Positions 20,546 through 32,865 are shown, counted from the stretch's first letter. The stretch is DNA of 64,000 nucleotides from Carpediemonas membranifera BICM (GCA_019828565.1 JAHDYR010000003.1:681409-745408); one strand, 5' to 3'. The notes: generated by a model from the letters alone, not told the origin. Translations and numbers: made by a program.

Positions 20546-21790
20546 ATGACAATGAAGCATCTCATCAGCGGTAAGGTCGTAGTACTCGGTGTTTGCAGCT
20601 CCATATCAGCATACAAGGCAGCTGACATCTGCAGCAAGCTCATGAAGCTCGGGGTTGAGGTTCACGTCATTATGACGGCGAACGCCACGAAGCTGATCAC
20701 TCCGCGAGTATTCCAAACACTCACACACAACGATGTAACGACAGATCTATGGGCTGTCGATAACTGGAAGCCAGAGCACACAGCGTTGGCCGACAAGGCT
20801 GATCTGTTCGTGGTGGTGCCCGCGACGGCCAACTTCCTCGGCCAGTATGCGAACGGACTCGCGCCGGACGCCCTAAGCACGTATGCACTCGCCAACAGGG
20901 CCCCAACCGTCATCTTTCCCGCGATGAACCCGTTCATGTGGTCGAACACAGCGGTGCGGGATAACGTCGCCACCATTCGCCGCAGAGGGGCGCGTGTGGT
21001 AACACCGGCCTCGGGAATTGTCGCATGTGGTGACGAGGGTGTTGGAAAGCTGCCCGGCGTGGATGCAATCGTCGAAACTATTGAGGCGCATCTCTCCATC
21101 CTCGAGCTGGCCCCAGCCCCCCGGTCCCGCGTGGTCGTCACTGCAGGGCCGACGGAAGAGCACATCGATGTCGTCCGATTCCTCACAAACAGGTCTACAG
21201 GCAAGATGGGATATTGCCTTGCCGCGGCAGCCGCAGCGCTGGGCCACGAGGTGACTCTTGTCAGCGGCCCAGTAGATAGGGAGGCCCCGCTGGACGTAAA
21301 GCTCGTCCGCGTGTCATCAGCGAGGGACATGCTTCTTGCCGTCCAGACCGCCGTGACTGGGGCCGACGTGCTCATCATGGCCGCGGCGGTGGCGGACTAC
21401 ACGTACCAGGACACACAGGCACGGAAGATTAAGAAGGCCGGTGACAGTCTCACCCTCAACCTGACTCGCACTATCGATATTCTTGCGACTATCTCAGCAT
21501 CACCCACCAGGCCAAAGCTCGTCGGGGGGTTCGCCGCTGAGTCCCACGACGTCATTGAGTATGCCCTTGGCAAGCTGGAGAGGAAGGGTCTGGACTTCAT
21601 CGTCGCGAACGACATTTCCGGGTCGGATCGCGGGTTTGGGAGTGACCACAATGAGGTTGCAGTCCTCGCGAGGGGCGGAAATGGGGATGTGGTGCAGACA
21701 GACGTGTCCTTTGCCCGTAAGATGACCGTGGCGGCGCACATATTCGACGCCGCCATCCACGTCAGCCCAGGTGTGAGTTCGTCTGAGTAA
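20546..21790 (+). CDS. coaBC: Bifunctional phosphopantothenoylcysteine decarboxylase/synthetase
   Basis: LGVCSSISAYKA, PATANF, PAMNPFMW and ACGDEGVGKL (CoaC); VTAGPTEEHIDVVRFLTNRSTGKMG, AAAVADY, GFAAES and ANDI (CoaB). Confidence 0.95.
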   Translation: MTMKHLISGKVVVLGVCSSISAYKAADICSKLMKLGVEVHVIMTANATKLITPRVFQTLTHNDVTTDLWAVDNWKPEHTALADKADLFVVVPATANFLGQYANGLAPDALSTYALANRAPTVIFPAMNPFMWSNTAVRDNVATIRRRGARVVTPASGIVACGDEGVGKLPGVDAIVETIEAHLSILELAPAPRSRVVVTAGPTEEHIDVVRFLTNRSTGKMGYCLAAAAAALGHEVTLVSGPVDREAPLDVKLVRVSSARDMLLAVQTAVTGADVLIMAAAVADYTYQDTQARKIKKAGDSLTLNLTRTIDILATISASPTRPKLVGGFAAESHDVIEYALGKLERKGLDFIVANDISGSDRGFGSDHNEVAVLARGGNGDVVQTDVSFARKMTVAAHIFDAAIHVSPGVSSSE

Positions 21791-21945
21791 AGATGCTGGA
21801 GAAAAACATAAGACGCCTCTGGCAGCCTTGAATTCGTGGTATCAGTGCATCTGCGGGTACTGAGTGAGCTTCCCAGCCTCGGCACTGCGCCGCGCAGCTT
21901 ATGCTTTCTCACTCCACCGCGCCAAGGCAAATCAGCCAGCCCTTG

Positions 21946-23932
21946 ATGGCTACTTCACTTCTGAGGGCACGGCAATCTGCAATAGCAGATACACTTGATG
22001 GGATCCTTGTGGCGCTCAACCCTATCGAATCAACGATGTCCAGTACGCACGACCCCGAACAAGCAAAGCTTCTTCACGACGCTACGCAGAATCTTTCTGA
22101 ATGTTGCTCCCATCTTGGCGCCTTCCTTCGCAAAGTGGACACGAAGATCTCTTGAAGCAAACCACGCTGTCGCTGAAATCATGATCCACATTTGCATCTC
22201 GCTCTCAGCGTTCCTCCCCAACCCCGAGTCCGCCAGCGCCGACAGCTCCTCGCCCATCCAGCAGGCGATCGACCACTTCATAGACACCTGCACAGCCCAG
22301 GACATCCCTGTGGACAGCATCCCCCCGGACGTGCCCCTCTCGCCAGACCTCAGGACACTCTGCAAGCTCAAGTATTGGATGTCACAGGCCGATGAACTCA
22401 GCAAAGACTGCTCTCATGAGATGGCGGTGGCCGTGGCGAAGGTGGGCGAGCAGGTGCATGCGCTGTACCAGGAGTACGAGATCCTCGAGGGCCCCACGCT
22501 CCTGGCACTCAAGCCTCACATCATAGACGCGATCATCATGGCCAGCAACCCGGAGAAGGACATCTGGTACATCAACCGCACGATTGTCAGCAACAGGAAC
22601 GAGATCTCGACGCTGTCGCCCTCGTTCAAGGATGGCGACCTCACCCTCGTCGCCAGGGACCGCCGCATCTTCTCGGTCATCGGCGGGGACCTGGAGAAGG
22701 GCAGGACGACCCCCCTGCCCATGTGCTTCTCCGACACCGTCACCACACCCTTGGACCCGATCCCCGGACTGGAGCGCGGCAGGATCTCGTGGGTGCGGCT
22801 CCCCCCGGTTAGAGACGTTAAGATGCGGGACGGGTCGATCTTCGTGCTGACTGAGCGGGGGTTGTTCGCCTGGGGCAGGAACAGACATGCCGACATGCCC
22901 CCCAGCGCCGGCCGACTCGGCGTGGGCAGCAGCGAGAAGATTGTGTCCCGCCCCGCCCGGGTTCGCATCCCGTCAGCCGCCCTGAACGTCATGGCGATCT
23001 CGGACGGGACCTTCTTCCAGACCGTCGAGGGCGTCTTCTACGCCTCCGGAGACAACTCCAACGGCCGTCTTGGCATCGGGTCCTTCATGTCGACGTCGAT
23101 CCCCGTCATGACTGTGTGCGAGGCCCCCATTAGGAGCCTCGTATTCGCCCCGTCCGGACTGTTTGCCCTCACGGCCCGCGGCATCATGTCCTGTGGCAAC
23201 AACAGGTTCGGCACCCTCGGCGTCGGCTCGGCGCGGGTGTCAACCCTCACACACCTCCAGATCCCCGGCGAGTTCAGCCCCAACAAGGTCATCTGCGGCC
23301 GCCGGTCGACCTTCCTCATCCAGGGCCAAGACTGCTACGCCATGGGGCTCAACGGCGACGGCCAGCTGGGGGTGGTCGGGCCCGAGGTTGTCCACGTCCC
23401 TACACGGCTCCGGTTCCCCGTGACGGCGGTGCTTTCCGTGGGGAACAGTAGTGTCTTCGTGTCCCAGGCCAACGTCCTCGTGTGCGGCGAGATCCTCCGC
23501 AAGATCCTGACGCCGGTCGGCACCCGCATCCAGCCGCCCAGCCCCATCGCCATCCCCTGGCGATTCACATCCCTCGTCCTAGGCTGGATGAGCCTCTTCG
23601 TCCTGGCCGAGGACGGTACATGGCACGCCTGCGGTCTGAACCACCAGGGACAGCTCGGGTCCGGCATGGCAGACGCCCACATCCGGTGCTGGCGGCCGGT
23701 AGTCACCCGTGAGCCCATCAGGACGGTGGAGATGTTCGGGGAGGCCCGTCTCGACCCGTTCGGCAAACCCGTCCAGTCCGCCATGGGCTGTGTCACCCGG
23801 TTCATCACAGTCAACGACTCTGTGCTGGTGTCCGGCCTGGTCGACGGCGAGGCGGTCCCCACGCCAAGGCTGGCGCCCCTCGGGCTTGACTGGGGCCGAC
23901 TGGTCTCCGCTAGGTGGGACGTGGGGTCTTAG
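21946..23932 (+). CDS. RCC1/BLIP-II repeat protein with an apparent frameshift near 22150
   Basis: G.N..G.LG.G repeats; the ATG frame at 21946 stops at 22155 while the long frame continues, and no good intron is visible. Confidence 0.75.
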
Positions 23933-24172
23933 CAGTGTCTTAGTGCTTATTTTGGGCGATCTGATTGTAAATATAGGCACACAGCATCGTGTCATGAACG
24001 GTCTGCCCCACGTTGCGAAGCTGCCAGGTCGGCTGGGGTATAAGAGTAACATCAGTGGTTCAGCGCAATCGCCGAGTCGAGACCTGCATGGGCGAGGGCC
24101 ATTGCGAAGTCGGTGCAGTTTACGGTCGAGCAGGTTATGGCACAACCAAAATAGTCAGTTCCGCCACAACCA

Positions 24173-24604
24173 ATGTTTAAGCCACAATCTAGTCGCCAGG
24201 AATACGAAAATCAATATGCTACGCTTACGCCTGAGGAAGCAGAGAGGCTGGATAACCAACAGACGCAGCGGAAGAAGCTTCTCGGCGCACACGAGGCTCT
24301 GACCGACGGTGTAACAGCCCTGAGAGAAGCAAACACTATGGGTGACGAAACTGCGCAGATTACTCACGAGATCATGTACGAAGTGGACCGTCAAGGCAAG
24401 ATCATCTCGGGAGCTCGGGACAAGAACAAGTCTGTGCAAGATAGGCTGAAGGACGGGCGAAAGCTGGCCCGCGCCATGCTCAGAAGGGAGTATCTGTCGA
24501 AGATCATCCTCCTCGTGCTGTTCCTCCTCCTTGTGTCGACCCTGGGCATCGTATTGTGGTGGAAGTTCATCCAACCTCAAATCAAGAAGATCACTGGCAA
24601 GTGA
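24173..24604 (+). CDS. Qb-SNARE, Vti1-like, short form
   Basis: QRKKLL...ETAQI...DRQGKII...AMLRRE SNARE helix followed by a C-terminal TM segment. Confidence 0.8.
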   Translation: MFKPQSSRQEYENQYATLTPEEAERLDNQQTQRKKLLGAHEALTDGVTALREANTMGDETAQITHEIMYEVDRQGKIISGARDKNKSVQDRLKDGRKLARAMLRREYLSKIILLVLFLLLVSTLGIVLWWKFIQPQIKKITGK

Positions 24605-24804
24605 TGAACGGACTCGCCGGAATTGTTGTAAATGGCGCGCCTCGGGTAGGTATGGACGTCTGTATGGCCGGGTCACGGACTCGGAGCCGTGGCTGAGTAT
24701 AACTGGTGCCTGCTGCCATGTTCACGTGTTTTGGCAGACGTGGGAGCTCTTACTAGCTCTTAAATAACGTTTGACATAATCTGCGTTTTTCGAAATTTCC
24801 AGCA

Positions 24805-25854
24805 ATGCCAAAAGCCGACGCCAAGGCGAAGAAGAGCAAGAAGTCTGCGTCGAAAGACACAAAATCAAAAGAGAAATCCTCTAAGTCCGATAAGACCGAG
24901 AAGAAGACCAGCAGTTCCGAGAAGAAGGCCCCGGAGGCTGCTGCGGCTCCCCCAGCACCCTCTGTAGAACAACATCCCTGCTCAATACACAGCCAACCAT
25001 TAACATACTTCTGCCTCACCTGCGACACGCCAGTGTGCGACCAGTGCAAGCAGACGACACACTACGGACCCGAACACGGAGTGGTGCCCCTCACAGATGC
25101 CGTCATGGCCAAGATCACCGACCTCAAGAAGACTGTACATACCGAGATGAGGATTCGGAAGAATGAGATCCTCGCCAGGCTAGCCGACGTCCAGCTCAGT
25201 GTCGACAAAGTCAAGGAGCAGAAGGCGAAGATTGAGAGGTCTGCGAGGGCCGACCTTGAGGCGGTGCTGCAGCGGCTGAGGAAGGCGGAGTCCATCAAGA
25301 TTGCCTCGTGCAACGAGGACTCAACCCTGCTCAAGCAGGAGCTCGGTGCCGTCGATGAGATTGAGGGCCTCATCAACCAGCTCATGGCCAGCGAGGACCC
25401 CTACAAGGCTCTGATGAAGATCCCCGACACGCACCAGCAGCTCGCCATGATCCTCCACAGGGACCTGTCAGCCTACATGGACCAGGAGAAGCCGTACGAG
25501 TCCCAGCTGCCCGACGAGATCACTGAGAGACGGGGGATGTGCGAGAAGTTCGCGGCAACAACGTCGGTGCTGCAGCTGAAGAGCCAGCTGCTCGAGACGG
25601 CAGAGGAGAAGACCCACACCATTGCCCAGGACGCCGCGGAGGAGCTTCAGAGGTGGGAGACCCTCACCTCGGAGTACGAGACCGAGCTCCGCAGGTTTAG
25701 GATGCAATGCACGTTCTGCGGCATCGAGCTGGACCCAAGCACGGTGAACTCCCTCTGTGGTGAGAACCAGGACATCACTGCGCTGTCCCCGATGGGAGTG
25801 CCCGACGAGGTGGTGGGCAACATGCACCACTACTGGGTGCAGGGCGACGTGTAG
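24805..25854 (+). CDS. B-box zinc finger and coiled-coil protein
   Basis: CSIHSQPLTYFCLTCDTPVCDQC...H..H B-box followed by a coiled coil. Confidence 0.85.
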   Translation: MPKADAKAKKSKKSASKDTKSKEKSSKSDKTEKKTSSSEKKAPEAAAAPPAPSVEQHPCSIHSQPLTYFCLTCDTPVCDQCKQTTHYGPEHGVVPLTDAVMAKITDLKKTVHTEMRIRKNEILARLADVQLSVDKVKEQKAKIERSARADLEAVLQRLRKAESIKIASCNEDSTLLKQELGAVDEIEGLINQLMASEDPYKALMKIPDTHQQLAMILHRDLSAYMDQEKPYESQLPDEITERRGMCEKFAATTSVLQLKSQLLETAEEKTHTIAQDAAEELQRWETLTSEYETELRRFRMQCTFCGIELDPSTVNSLCGENQDITALSPMGVPDEVVGNMHHYWVQGDV

Positions 25855-25979
25855 GTTGTGGCGGGGCTCGTAAATGAATGGGGCTGTGGGTAGTTATGGG
25901 GCTATGACGGTGTGATGTGAGCCTCTGTGGGGTCCTCTGGTCTGAAAATTCGACTCGACAGTCTTGGCCACGACGACTA

Positions 25980-26483
25980 ATGGCGGAAACAAGCGATAAT
26001 ATCAACCTTTGGCCCTTATTTACCACTGTTCTGGCCTCCTTTGTGCCCAAGAAGCTGACCATTAGCCGCAGAACTCCTCGTTGGATGCGGATCTTTAAGA
26101 AGAAGCCCAACGCCATCGTTATCTGGGCCCTGGTCTGTGTAACATACTTTGCTATGGCTGGCGGCATCATTTACGATGTCCTCAACAAGCCCCCAGCCAT
26201 TGGGCAGACTAGGGACCCGTACAACCCCGACATTGTCCGCACCCAGTTCATCTTTCCCAGGATGAACGCACAGTACCGCAACGAGGGTTTCACTGCCTCG
26301 GGTCTGTTCATCCTTGGTGGTCTGGGCATCATGATTCTCTTCGTAGCATCGTCTGCCCGTCTCCCCGCTGCCCTCGAGGGCAAGCGCCCCTTTTTCGTCG
26401 CCTTCGGTCCAATCCTGACATACGGCGTGTTCGCTGCCGTCAGGGCGATGTACCGTAAGAAGTTTGCGACATACATGAAGTAA
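25980..26483 (+). CDS. OSTC: Oligosaccharyltransferase subunit OSTC/DC2
   Basis: GGIIYDVLNKPPAIG and NAQYRNEGFTASGLFILGGLG motifs with 3 TM segments. Confidence 0.85.
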   Translation: MAETSDNINLWPLFTTVLASFVPKKLTISRRTPRWMRIFKKKPNAIVIWALVCVTYFAMAGGIIYDVLNKPPAIGQTRDPYNPDIVRTQFIFPRMNAQYRNEGFTASGLFILGGLGIMILFVASSARLPAALEGKRPFFVAFGPILTYGVFAAVRAMYRKKFATYMK

Positions 26484-26687
26484 ACACATAGACGAGCAGC
26501 CACTGGTTTGCAGCACACATGGGGCCGGATGATTTGCAAAGGTTTAAGAGAGCCCTAGAACCACACTGCTCCTGACTCGCAGTCGCCAGTGCGCCTGGTA
26601 TTCGCTCCCACATGCCCCACGCCGCATTTTCTACTGGTGCGCAAATCTGACTTTATTCGAGGAACGAACCATCTTGCAGCTGTGTGC

Positions 26688-27530
26688 ATGTCTGGGGGTC
26701 TTGGCACTGTTGCTCGCGGAGAACGACGTCTTACAAAGAAGCACATCAAGTTTATTATCGCTCTTGCTCTTTTTGGCGCCGTAGGAGGCCTTATTGTTGC
26801 TGCTTACACCACGGACTTTAAGGCCGACGAATTCATCGTCTCAGTCCTCGAGTTCCTTCAGGATATCCCTCTTATAGTTTCTGCGCCCGTGTTTGCGCTG
26901 ATCTACACCGCCTGGGTGACGTGCCTCCTCCCCGGCACCCCCCTGGTCCTGGGCGCCGGCTTCACATGGGGTTTCTTTGTCGGTACGTTTCTCGTGTGGC
27001 TCGGATGTGTCGGCTGCGAGACTTCGGCCTTCTTTATTGCCCGGTTCGCGCTGAACGAATGGATAGAGAACTTTGTCGCCAAGAAGCCCAAGCTCAAGCG
27101 CCTACGCGTGGCCCTCACCCAACCATCGACGCTCCTCATCTTCCTGACGCGGCTATCTCCCCTCTTCCCGTTCCCGTACCTGAACTACATCTATGGTGTA
27201 ACCAAAGCCCGTTTCGTCAATTATATCCTGGCATCAGCCATTGGATGCCTGCCAGGCGTGCTTCTGTACACATACCTCGGTTCGTTGCTCCACTCCCTCG
27301 CTGATCTCTCGAACGAGGGCCTGACATCGCACCTGCCCATGTTTATCTGCATCATCACACTCACCGTCGTGCTATTCGCTGTGGTCACTGTGCTGGGGTA
27401 CAGGGAGATCAACAAAAACCTGGCTGCGGTTGGTGCTGCTCCAGGAAAGGTGAAGGTCGAGGTCGACGTTGACGGGATGGTCTTCACGACGGCGGAACTT
27501 CGGAAGAGCTCGGCGGAGCTGGCTGTGTAG
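26688..27530 (+). CDS. TVP38/TMEM64 (DedA/VTT) membrane protein
   Basis: LPGTPLVLGAGFTWG and RLSPLFPFPYLNYIYG motifs. Confidence 0.9.
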   Translation: MSGGLGTVARGERRLTKKHIKFIIALALFGAVGGLIVAAYTTDFKADEFIVSVLEFLQDIPLIVSAPVFALIYTAWVTCLLPGTPLVLGAGFTWGFFVGTFLVWLGCVGCETSAFFIARFALNEWIENFVAKKPKLKRLRVALTQPSTLLIFLTRLSPLFPFPYLNYIYGVTKARFVNYILASAIGCLPGVLLYTYLGSLLHSLADLSNEGLTSHLPMFICIITLTVVLFAVVTVLGYREINKNLAAVGAAPGKVKVEVDVDGMVFTTAELRKSSAELAV

Positions 27531-27615
27531 TATATTCGTGTGTTTGATGTAAAGGCATCTGTCGGTGTGGGTCTCTGTTGGTTTGGGGTAAAAGTGCGCC
27601 GTGACGAGGACGAGG

Positions 27616-29214
27616 ATGAACACGGCGAACAGACACTCCTTGGATAGAACGGACAGCCATGACTCTTTAATAGCCAAATTGCACGCAATAGCGGAGAAAG
27701 TAACCACGTTGAGCGTTCGGTCGTGTGGTATTTGCACTTTCACCGACTGGCCGAGGCTGCCGAACCTCCTGGCCATTGATCTCAAAGACAACAGCATTAG
27801 CGACGTGTCAGACATCGAGATCCTTCTCGGTCTGGCCCCACGCCTGCTCCGCATTTTTGTGGGCGACAATCTTCTCCACAGACACCAATTCCAGGGGACA
27901 TCCCTCCTGAACGGCCAGCGGCAGCCAGTCTCCATCAATTACGAGTCCGCATCTAGGGCCTCCAGTCCCGCGCCCTCCAGACCTCCGTCAGAAGCACCAT
28001 CACGGTCGACGGTGTGCGGTCCCTCGGCAGCCCGCCTCACAGCGCCCCAGCCACAGCCGCACCGAGCCCCGTCCCCGCCCCACTTCCCCGCGCCGGCCGT
28101 GCCGCTGCCCTCGCTGCACCAGCCAGAGCCCGAGGTACCCAGCACAGTGGCGCGGGTGGATTCTGAGATGAGTGAGCGGGGTGAGCACTCTTTCGCCAAC
28201 TCAGCGAGACAGGCCCTGCAAACCGCGCTCAACTACGAGCTTCACAAGGAGAACGCCTCCCTTCGCCGCATCCTGGACGCCCCCGCCTCCGATGACCCGA
28301 ATCAGTCGCTTGAGTTCGCTGTGCTGGCGCCAGACGGCCGCATCAGCCAGAGGGCCCGCCCACGAGACATGACTCCTAATCAATTGATTAGCATCATCGT
28401 TGAATACCGCCGGGAACTGAAGCGGCACATCGTCGCTGCCGGGGAGGACCAGCGGCGGTACCGGCGAGAGCTGTCCGAGCTTAGAGAAGGCAAGAAGAAG
28501 CTTACTGAGCGGGTGGCCGAGCTGCAGATGTCTGAGATGAGAGCCCAGGGTGATCTGAGGAAGGGCAGAGTGGAGCTCGACCGGATCGGGCGAGGGCTGG
28601 TTGCAGCCCAGACGGCAGCAAAGACTCGGGCCGGGTCTCTGGCGGCGGCGATGGAGAAGCTGGTGAAGGATGTGGCGGCCAAGCAGGAGGCCCAGGTCAG
28701 GCGGATTGAAGCAGCAATGGAGCAGCTCTCAGTCGGGCGAGCCGCTGTACAGGCTCAGACACGGGCCAGAGTCAAGGCGGGTCATGAAAATGAAGAGCTC
28801 AGCCGCCGGACACGGGCGTCGGCCAAGACCATCGCACTGCTGAAGGACCGGGTCGACCAGCTCGTCCGGGAGGTGCAGGATAAGGACGAGGCCCTGACCG
28901 AGGCCCGGGCAGCTGTCCGCCGGGCCGAGCGGCAGCGGGATCTTGCTGTGGCGGCCCACGGCCCCGGGGTGGGTGCGGCAGACCCGCGGATAGGGGGGCA
29001 TGACGGTAGGGGGGCCGACGAGCCGGGGGAGACCGACGACACGGAGTACGCCACGGACGACTCGACCGACTCCGAGGACGTCCCGATGAGGACGACCCTG
29101 CTGGCCGTTCCCCCAGCCCGGGTCAGGGGGGAAGTGGACTGGATGTCGGCCGACCTCAGAGCCGTATTCGAGGAGAAGGTGATGACGGACCCGTCCTGGC
29201 GGGAGCTGGGGTGA
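27616..29214 (+). CDS. LRR and coiled-coil protein, probably centrosomal or basal body
   Basis: LPNLLAIDLKDNSISD LRR with LRR-cap, Pro-rich linker and coiled coil. Confidence 0.7.
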   Translation: MNTANRHSLDRTDSHDSLIAKLHAIAEKVTTLSVRSCGICTFTDWPRLPNLLAIDLKDNSISDVSDIEILLGLAPRLLRIFVGDNLLHRHQFQGTSLLNGQRQPVSINYESASRASSPAPSRPPSEAPSRSTVCGPSAARLTAPQPQPHRAPSPPHFPAPAVPLPSLHQPEPEVPSTVARVDSEMSERGEHSFANSARQALQTALNYELHKENASLRRILDAPASDDPNQSLEFAVLAPDGRISQRARPRDMTPNQLISIIVEYRRELKRHIVAAGEDQRRYRRELSELREGKKKLTERVAELQMSEMRAQGDLRKGRVELDRIGRGLVAAQTAAKTRAGSLAAAMEKLVKDVAAKQEAQVRRIEAAMEQLSVGRAAVQAQTRARVKAGHENEELSRRTRASAKTIALLKDRVDQLVREVQDKDEALTEARAAVRRAERQRDLAVAAHGPGVGAADPRIGGHDGRGADEPGETDDTEYATDDSTDSEDVPMRTTLLAVPPARVRGEVDWMSADLRAVFEEKVMTDPSWRELG

Positions 29215-29910
29215 GCGGTTGGCGGTGTTTTATAAATGTGTCACCCTATTTATCTGTTGGAGTAACAGTGTGTGGAGATTGATGGATTTCAAATAGACAC
29301 CTTCAGGTCGGGGCAAAAAGAACATTTATCCCAATCGAGGATCTAGTGGTTGGCCGTTGTGAGACAACAGTCGGGTCTCGGATCGAGACCGGTCGGTCCT
29401 GCATCATTCGAGGGCAGTATGAAGACATCGGATTGGAGTCATGTTTCTGTTCACGGGAGTCTTGATGAGTGCCCACCATCGACCATCAACTGACGCACCC
29501 ATCCCCTGGATTGAATGAGAATGTGTCGGTCAAGGATGAACTCCGTCTAGAGTCGCGGGTATGTTGGGGTCGAGCAAGCACCAGTCGAGCTTAGGGTGAC
29601 TTGACCACTGCCGGTTCATCCCACAGTTGAATCCCGACAGGTCATCCTCTGACATTCAGATTCAAGCGAGTAGTGACCCAAACCCGAACACCATTCGCCA
29701 TTGCCTGACGTGTCAGGGAGCAATCACGACCATCCTGAGCACAGCAGACGTTTGTCATGAAACTGCCCAAAGCCCTGACCAGATAGACTCGGCGGAACGT
29801 GACCCGAGACATGGTTGAAAAAGCCAGTCAGTGACTACGAACCAAGTCGCCGTCTACATAAACTACTACTACACCGTCTAGATTACATTTAATTCTGACA
29901 TCTATCAAAG

Positions 29911-31327
29911 CTAATGCAGCGGTGCAACGGCTTCGCTGTCGTCGAGGCCGCTGAGTACTACATTCTTGACTACGGCCGGCCCCCACGTCTGCTTCATGTC
30001 ACCAGTGCCGAGTATGCCGTCGCGGTTGGTGCCAAGGCCGAACCAGCCTTGGTCGGCCTCGAACCACCAGTTCTGCTTCTTCTGGTGCGCCGTGACGAGC
30101 TGCAGACGCTGCGAGGACTCCCACACGAAGGTGTCGCCCGTGCGCGGGTTGGTCGAGTAGACCGTGAAGCCGGGCTTGTCGGTGACGACGGCGATGAACG
30201 GATCCTGGCGTACGCCTCGCGGACTCGGTCGGTCAGCGGCACCGGCGTGGGGTCGACGCTGTCGTGGACGCCGGCGAGGCTCTTAAGCTGCCGGGGCTGG
30301 CCGCTCGTGAAGAGGCGGCCGTCGCGCAGGAAGAGGGTGAAGCCGCTGCACGGTGCACGCCGGCCCACTCGCCAGGCACGCGCGCGGGCGTCGTCACGGG
30401 GTCCGTGTGGCCCAGGCCGAGCTGGCCGGTGCGGTTGCGGCCGGTGACGTAGCGCAGCACGCGGCCGTCAGCGCCGGTGCGGGTGAAGATGGTTGCCGTG
30501 GGGAATGCTGTCGGCATGAAGGGCGCACCCGGCTGGGGCGGCGGCAGGCGGATCGGGCGGAACGTGTTGACGCACGCCTCGTCGCCCACGCCCAGCTGGC
30601 CGTTGGCGTTGGAGCCCGCGCCGAAGAGGCCGACGGAGGTCTGGATGATGGTCATGTCGGCGTGGAGGAAGACGTGCTCGATCACGGCGTGCCTCTCGAA
30701 CAGCAGACGGCTGGCCTCAAGCTCGGCGACCTCGGGCGCGTCGGGGAAGGAGACGCGACTGGGCGAGTCGACGATGGCGGTCGTTTGGCCCAGGCCGAGT
30801 TGGCCGCAGCTGTTGCTGCCCTGGGCGTAGAAGCCACGCTCGGTAGCTATGAACAGCGAGCCGTCGTTGGTGTAGAGAGCGCGGGCCCGGGGGATGCGGA
30901 GGCGGCTGAAGCTCACAGGCTCGTCCAGGAGCGTGTCGTGGCTCATCGTGAAGACTCTGCCGTCGAACAAGCGGAGCGAGATGGGGTCCCGGCCTTCTGT
31001 GAAGCCGTGGCGGACCGCTTCGCTATCGCAGACGGCCTTGTGCTTGCCCCAGATTGCGGTTGAAAGAAACGGCAAGGCGTCCGTATCTGCGCTAACACCG
31101 TCATATTCTAGGTAGTCGACGTCACAATGGGGCCAGAGGGGTGTGGATACAGTGTTGGTATCAGGAGAAACGCCGCATGATACCAGCAGGTGCCACTGAA
31201 TATTCTGGGGGAGATCAAGGATGGAAACGTTGCTATTTTGCACTTCCATGCTCTCATGCACGCAAGAAATGTCTTCTGAACCAAAAATGTCGGTGCTCAT
31301 TTGGTCTTGAAGTTTGGCACTCTTCAT
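29911..31327 (-). pseudogene. RCC1-repeat paralogue of 39262..40674 with two single-C deletions (pseudogene or assembly error)
   Basis: About 1.13 kb near-identical to 39417-40552; lacks one C in each of gtgcacccgtg and tacgcccagg. Confidence 0.8.
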
Positions 31328-32118
31328 TGCCTTGTCAAGAAAAGATTATCTCGCTGATGACGAAAATGCAACGAATGTTACCGCTCCTAGGTGCTCAGTG
31401 ACCAGATTGCCACCGGATTCTCAACTTTTAGCCCAATTCGAGTCGACTTTTGCCCAATGTGGTCTCGGACCGAACGTGCCGAACAGGATCAAAATCGTCT
31501 CCGCATCGACGGCCAGCGGATGGCTGGTCATTTTGGACGGTTGCAGCACCATAGATGCCCTCCGCGGCCCGTCACGTGTGCCATGCATCGAACTTAAGAG
31601 AGATTCTGTTCGAATCAATTGTGTGATCTCAGCGATTTTCGAATATTCAGAGCAGTCTTGGTTAATCACCGCATTTTCTTGCCCCAAACGCCTTTCTGAC
31701 TCAGGATTTCAAGATTGACTTTAGAAGACTGACTTTGACAGCATCATTTTTTTTTGAGATTATTGAGAGATTCAGAAACAATCTATCGATAACAACATTA
31801 TGACTGCTCATAGATATACGGATACAGAACTTCGACTTTAGCGGCTAGATGCTATCAGTAGAGCTACACCAGCAGGCACGACCAGGTTCCTCGCGGTGTC
31901 GCGCAGACACTGACCGGTCGTTGCCCAAAAGTGCGAGTCGGCAAAGTTGGAGCGCGATCGAATCAGAGGAGTGGCGGGCAATGAATATCGTTGAAGGGAA
32001 AGTTGCAGACGAGGTCCTCGAGTTCTCGGCGAGAATTGCTGCCTATCCTGCGCACATCAAAAGCTGCCGACCCAAGTGGAATGTTAAGAGCATTTTCACT
32101 CTGTCTAAGATGCGCAGT

Positions 32119-32865
32119 TTATGTATAGCTATCGGCGACAGGCATGGGCTCCTCGCCGTATGCGTTCATGAGGGCTCCGATCTCACTCCCGAGCTGGGCC
32201 AGCTGGACGTCCATGGCCTCGTCTATGGGCCCTGATGGCGCCCCACCAGACTCAAGCTCCATCAGCTCGCGGTTGACCTCCTCCATCTCGTGATCTTCAG
32301 AGAATTTTGAGGACGAAAAGGACATTTCCGAGTCGCGGCCAGAGTTGCAGTAAAAATCATTCTCATCGAGCGCTGGCGCTGGTGGGAGGTCAGATGGCAA
32401 GTATGGCTTGGATGATACGATCTTGCCCGATCCCAGGGCGCCCGGCGACCCGAACTTCTTGGCCCAGTTCATCCTGCGCGTCGCAGTCTCCTGCTTCAGT
32501 TCGGCAACCATGCGAGCCTTCTTCCGCATCTCCATTTTCCTCTTCTCGAGGACTACGCGCTGGCGTTCAAGCTCCTCGCGCTCGGCAATCTCTCTGGCCT
32601 TCCGGTCAGACGCTGCTTTCAGCTCTTGTTCAACGATGAGGATCTTACCGCCTCGCTTGTTCTGATCTACTAGTCTACCATCTCGAGTGATGAGCCCAGT
32701 TTGCATGAGCCTCCTCTGAACGGTCTTTTGGCAAAAATAGTTGGAAAGATTCTTATCCTTCAGCGCGTTGTATGATGGTGCAGCCTCGTTGATCGAAAAT
32801 CGAACATCAAAGTCATTTGGCTCCTTTTTGGACGCCTTAGCGCTGCGCCTGACCTTCTTTGGCAT
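32119..32865 (-). CDS. ERICH3 N-terminal-like ciliary protein
   Basis: YNALKDKNLSNYF...RRLMQTGLITRDGRLV matches the ERICH3 N-terminal motif (recalled). Confidence 0.7.
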   Translation of the reverse strand: MPKKVRRSAKASKKEPNDFDVRFSINEAAPSYNALKDKNLSNYFCQKTVQRRLMQTGLITRDGRLVDQNKRGGKILIVEQELKAASDRKAREIAEREELERQRVVLEKRKMEMRKKARMVAELKQETATRRMNWAKKFGSPGALGSGKIVSSKPYLPSDLPPAPALDENDFYCNSGRDSEMSFSSSKFSEDHEMEEVNRELMELESGGAPSGPIDEAMDVQLAQLGSEIGALMNAYGEEPMPVADSYT

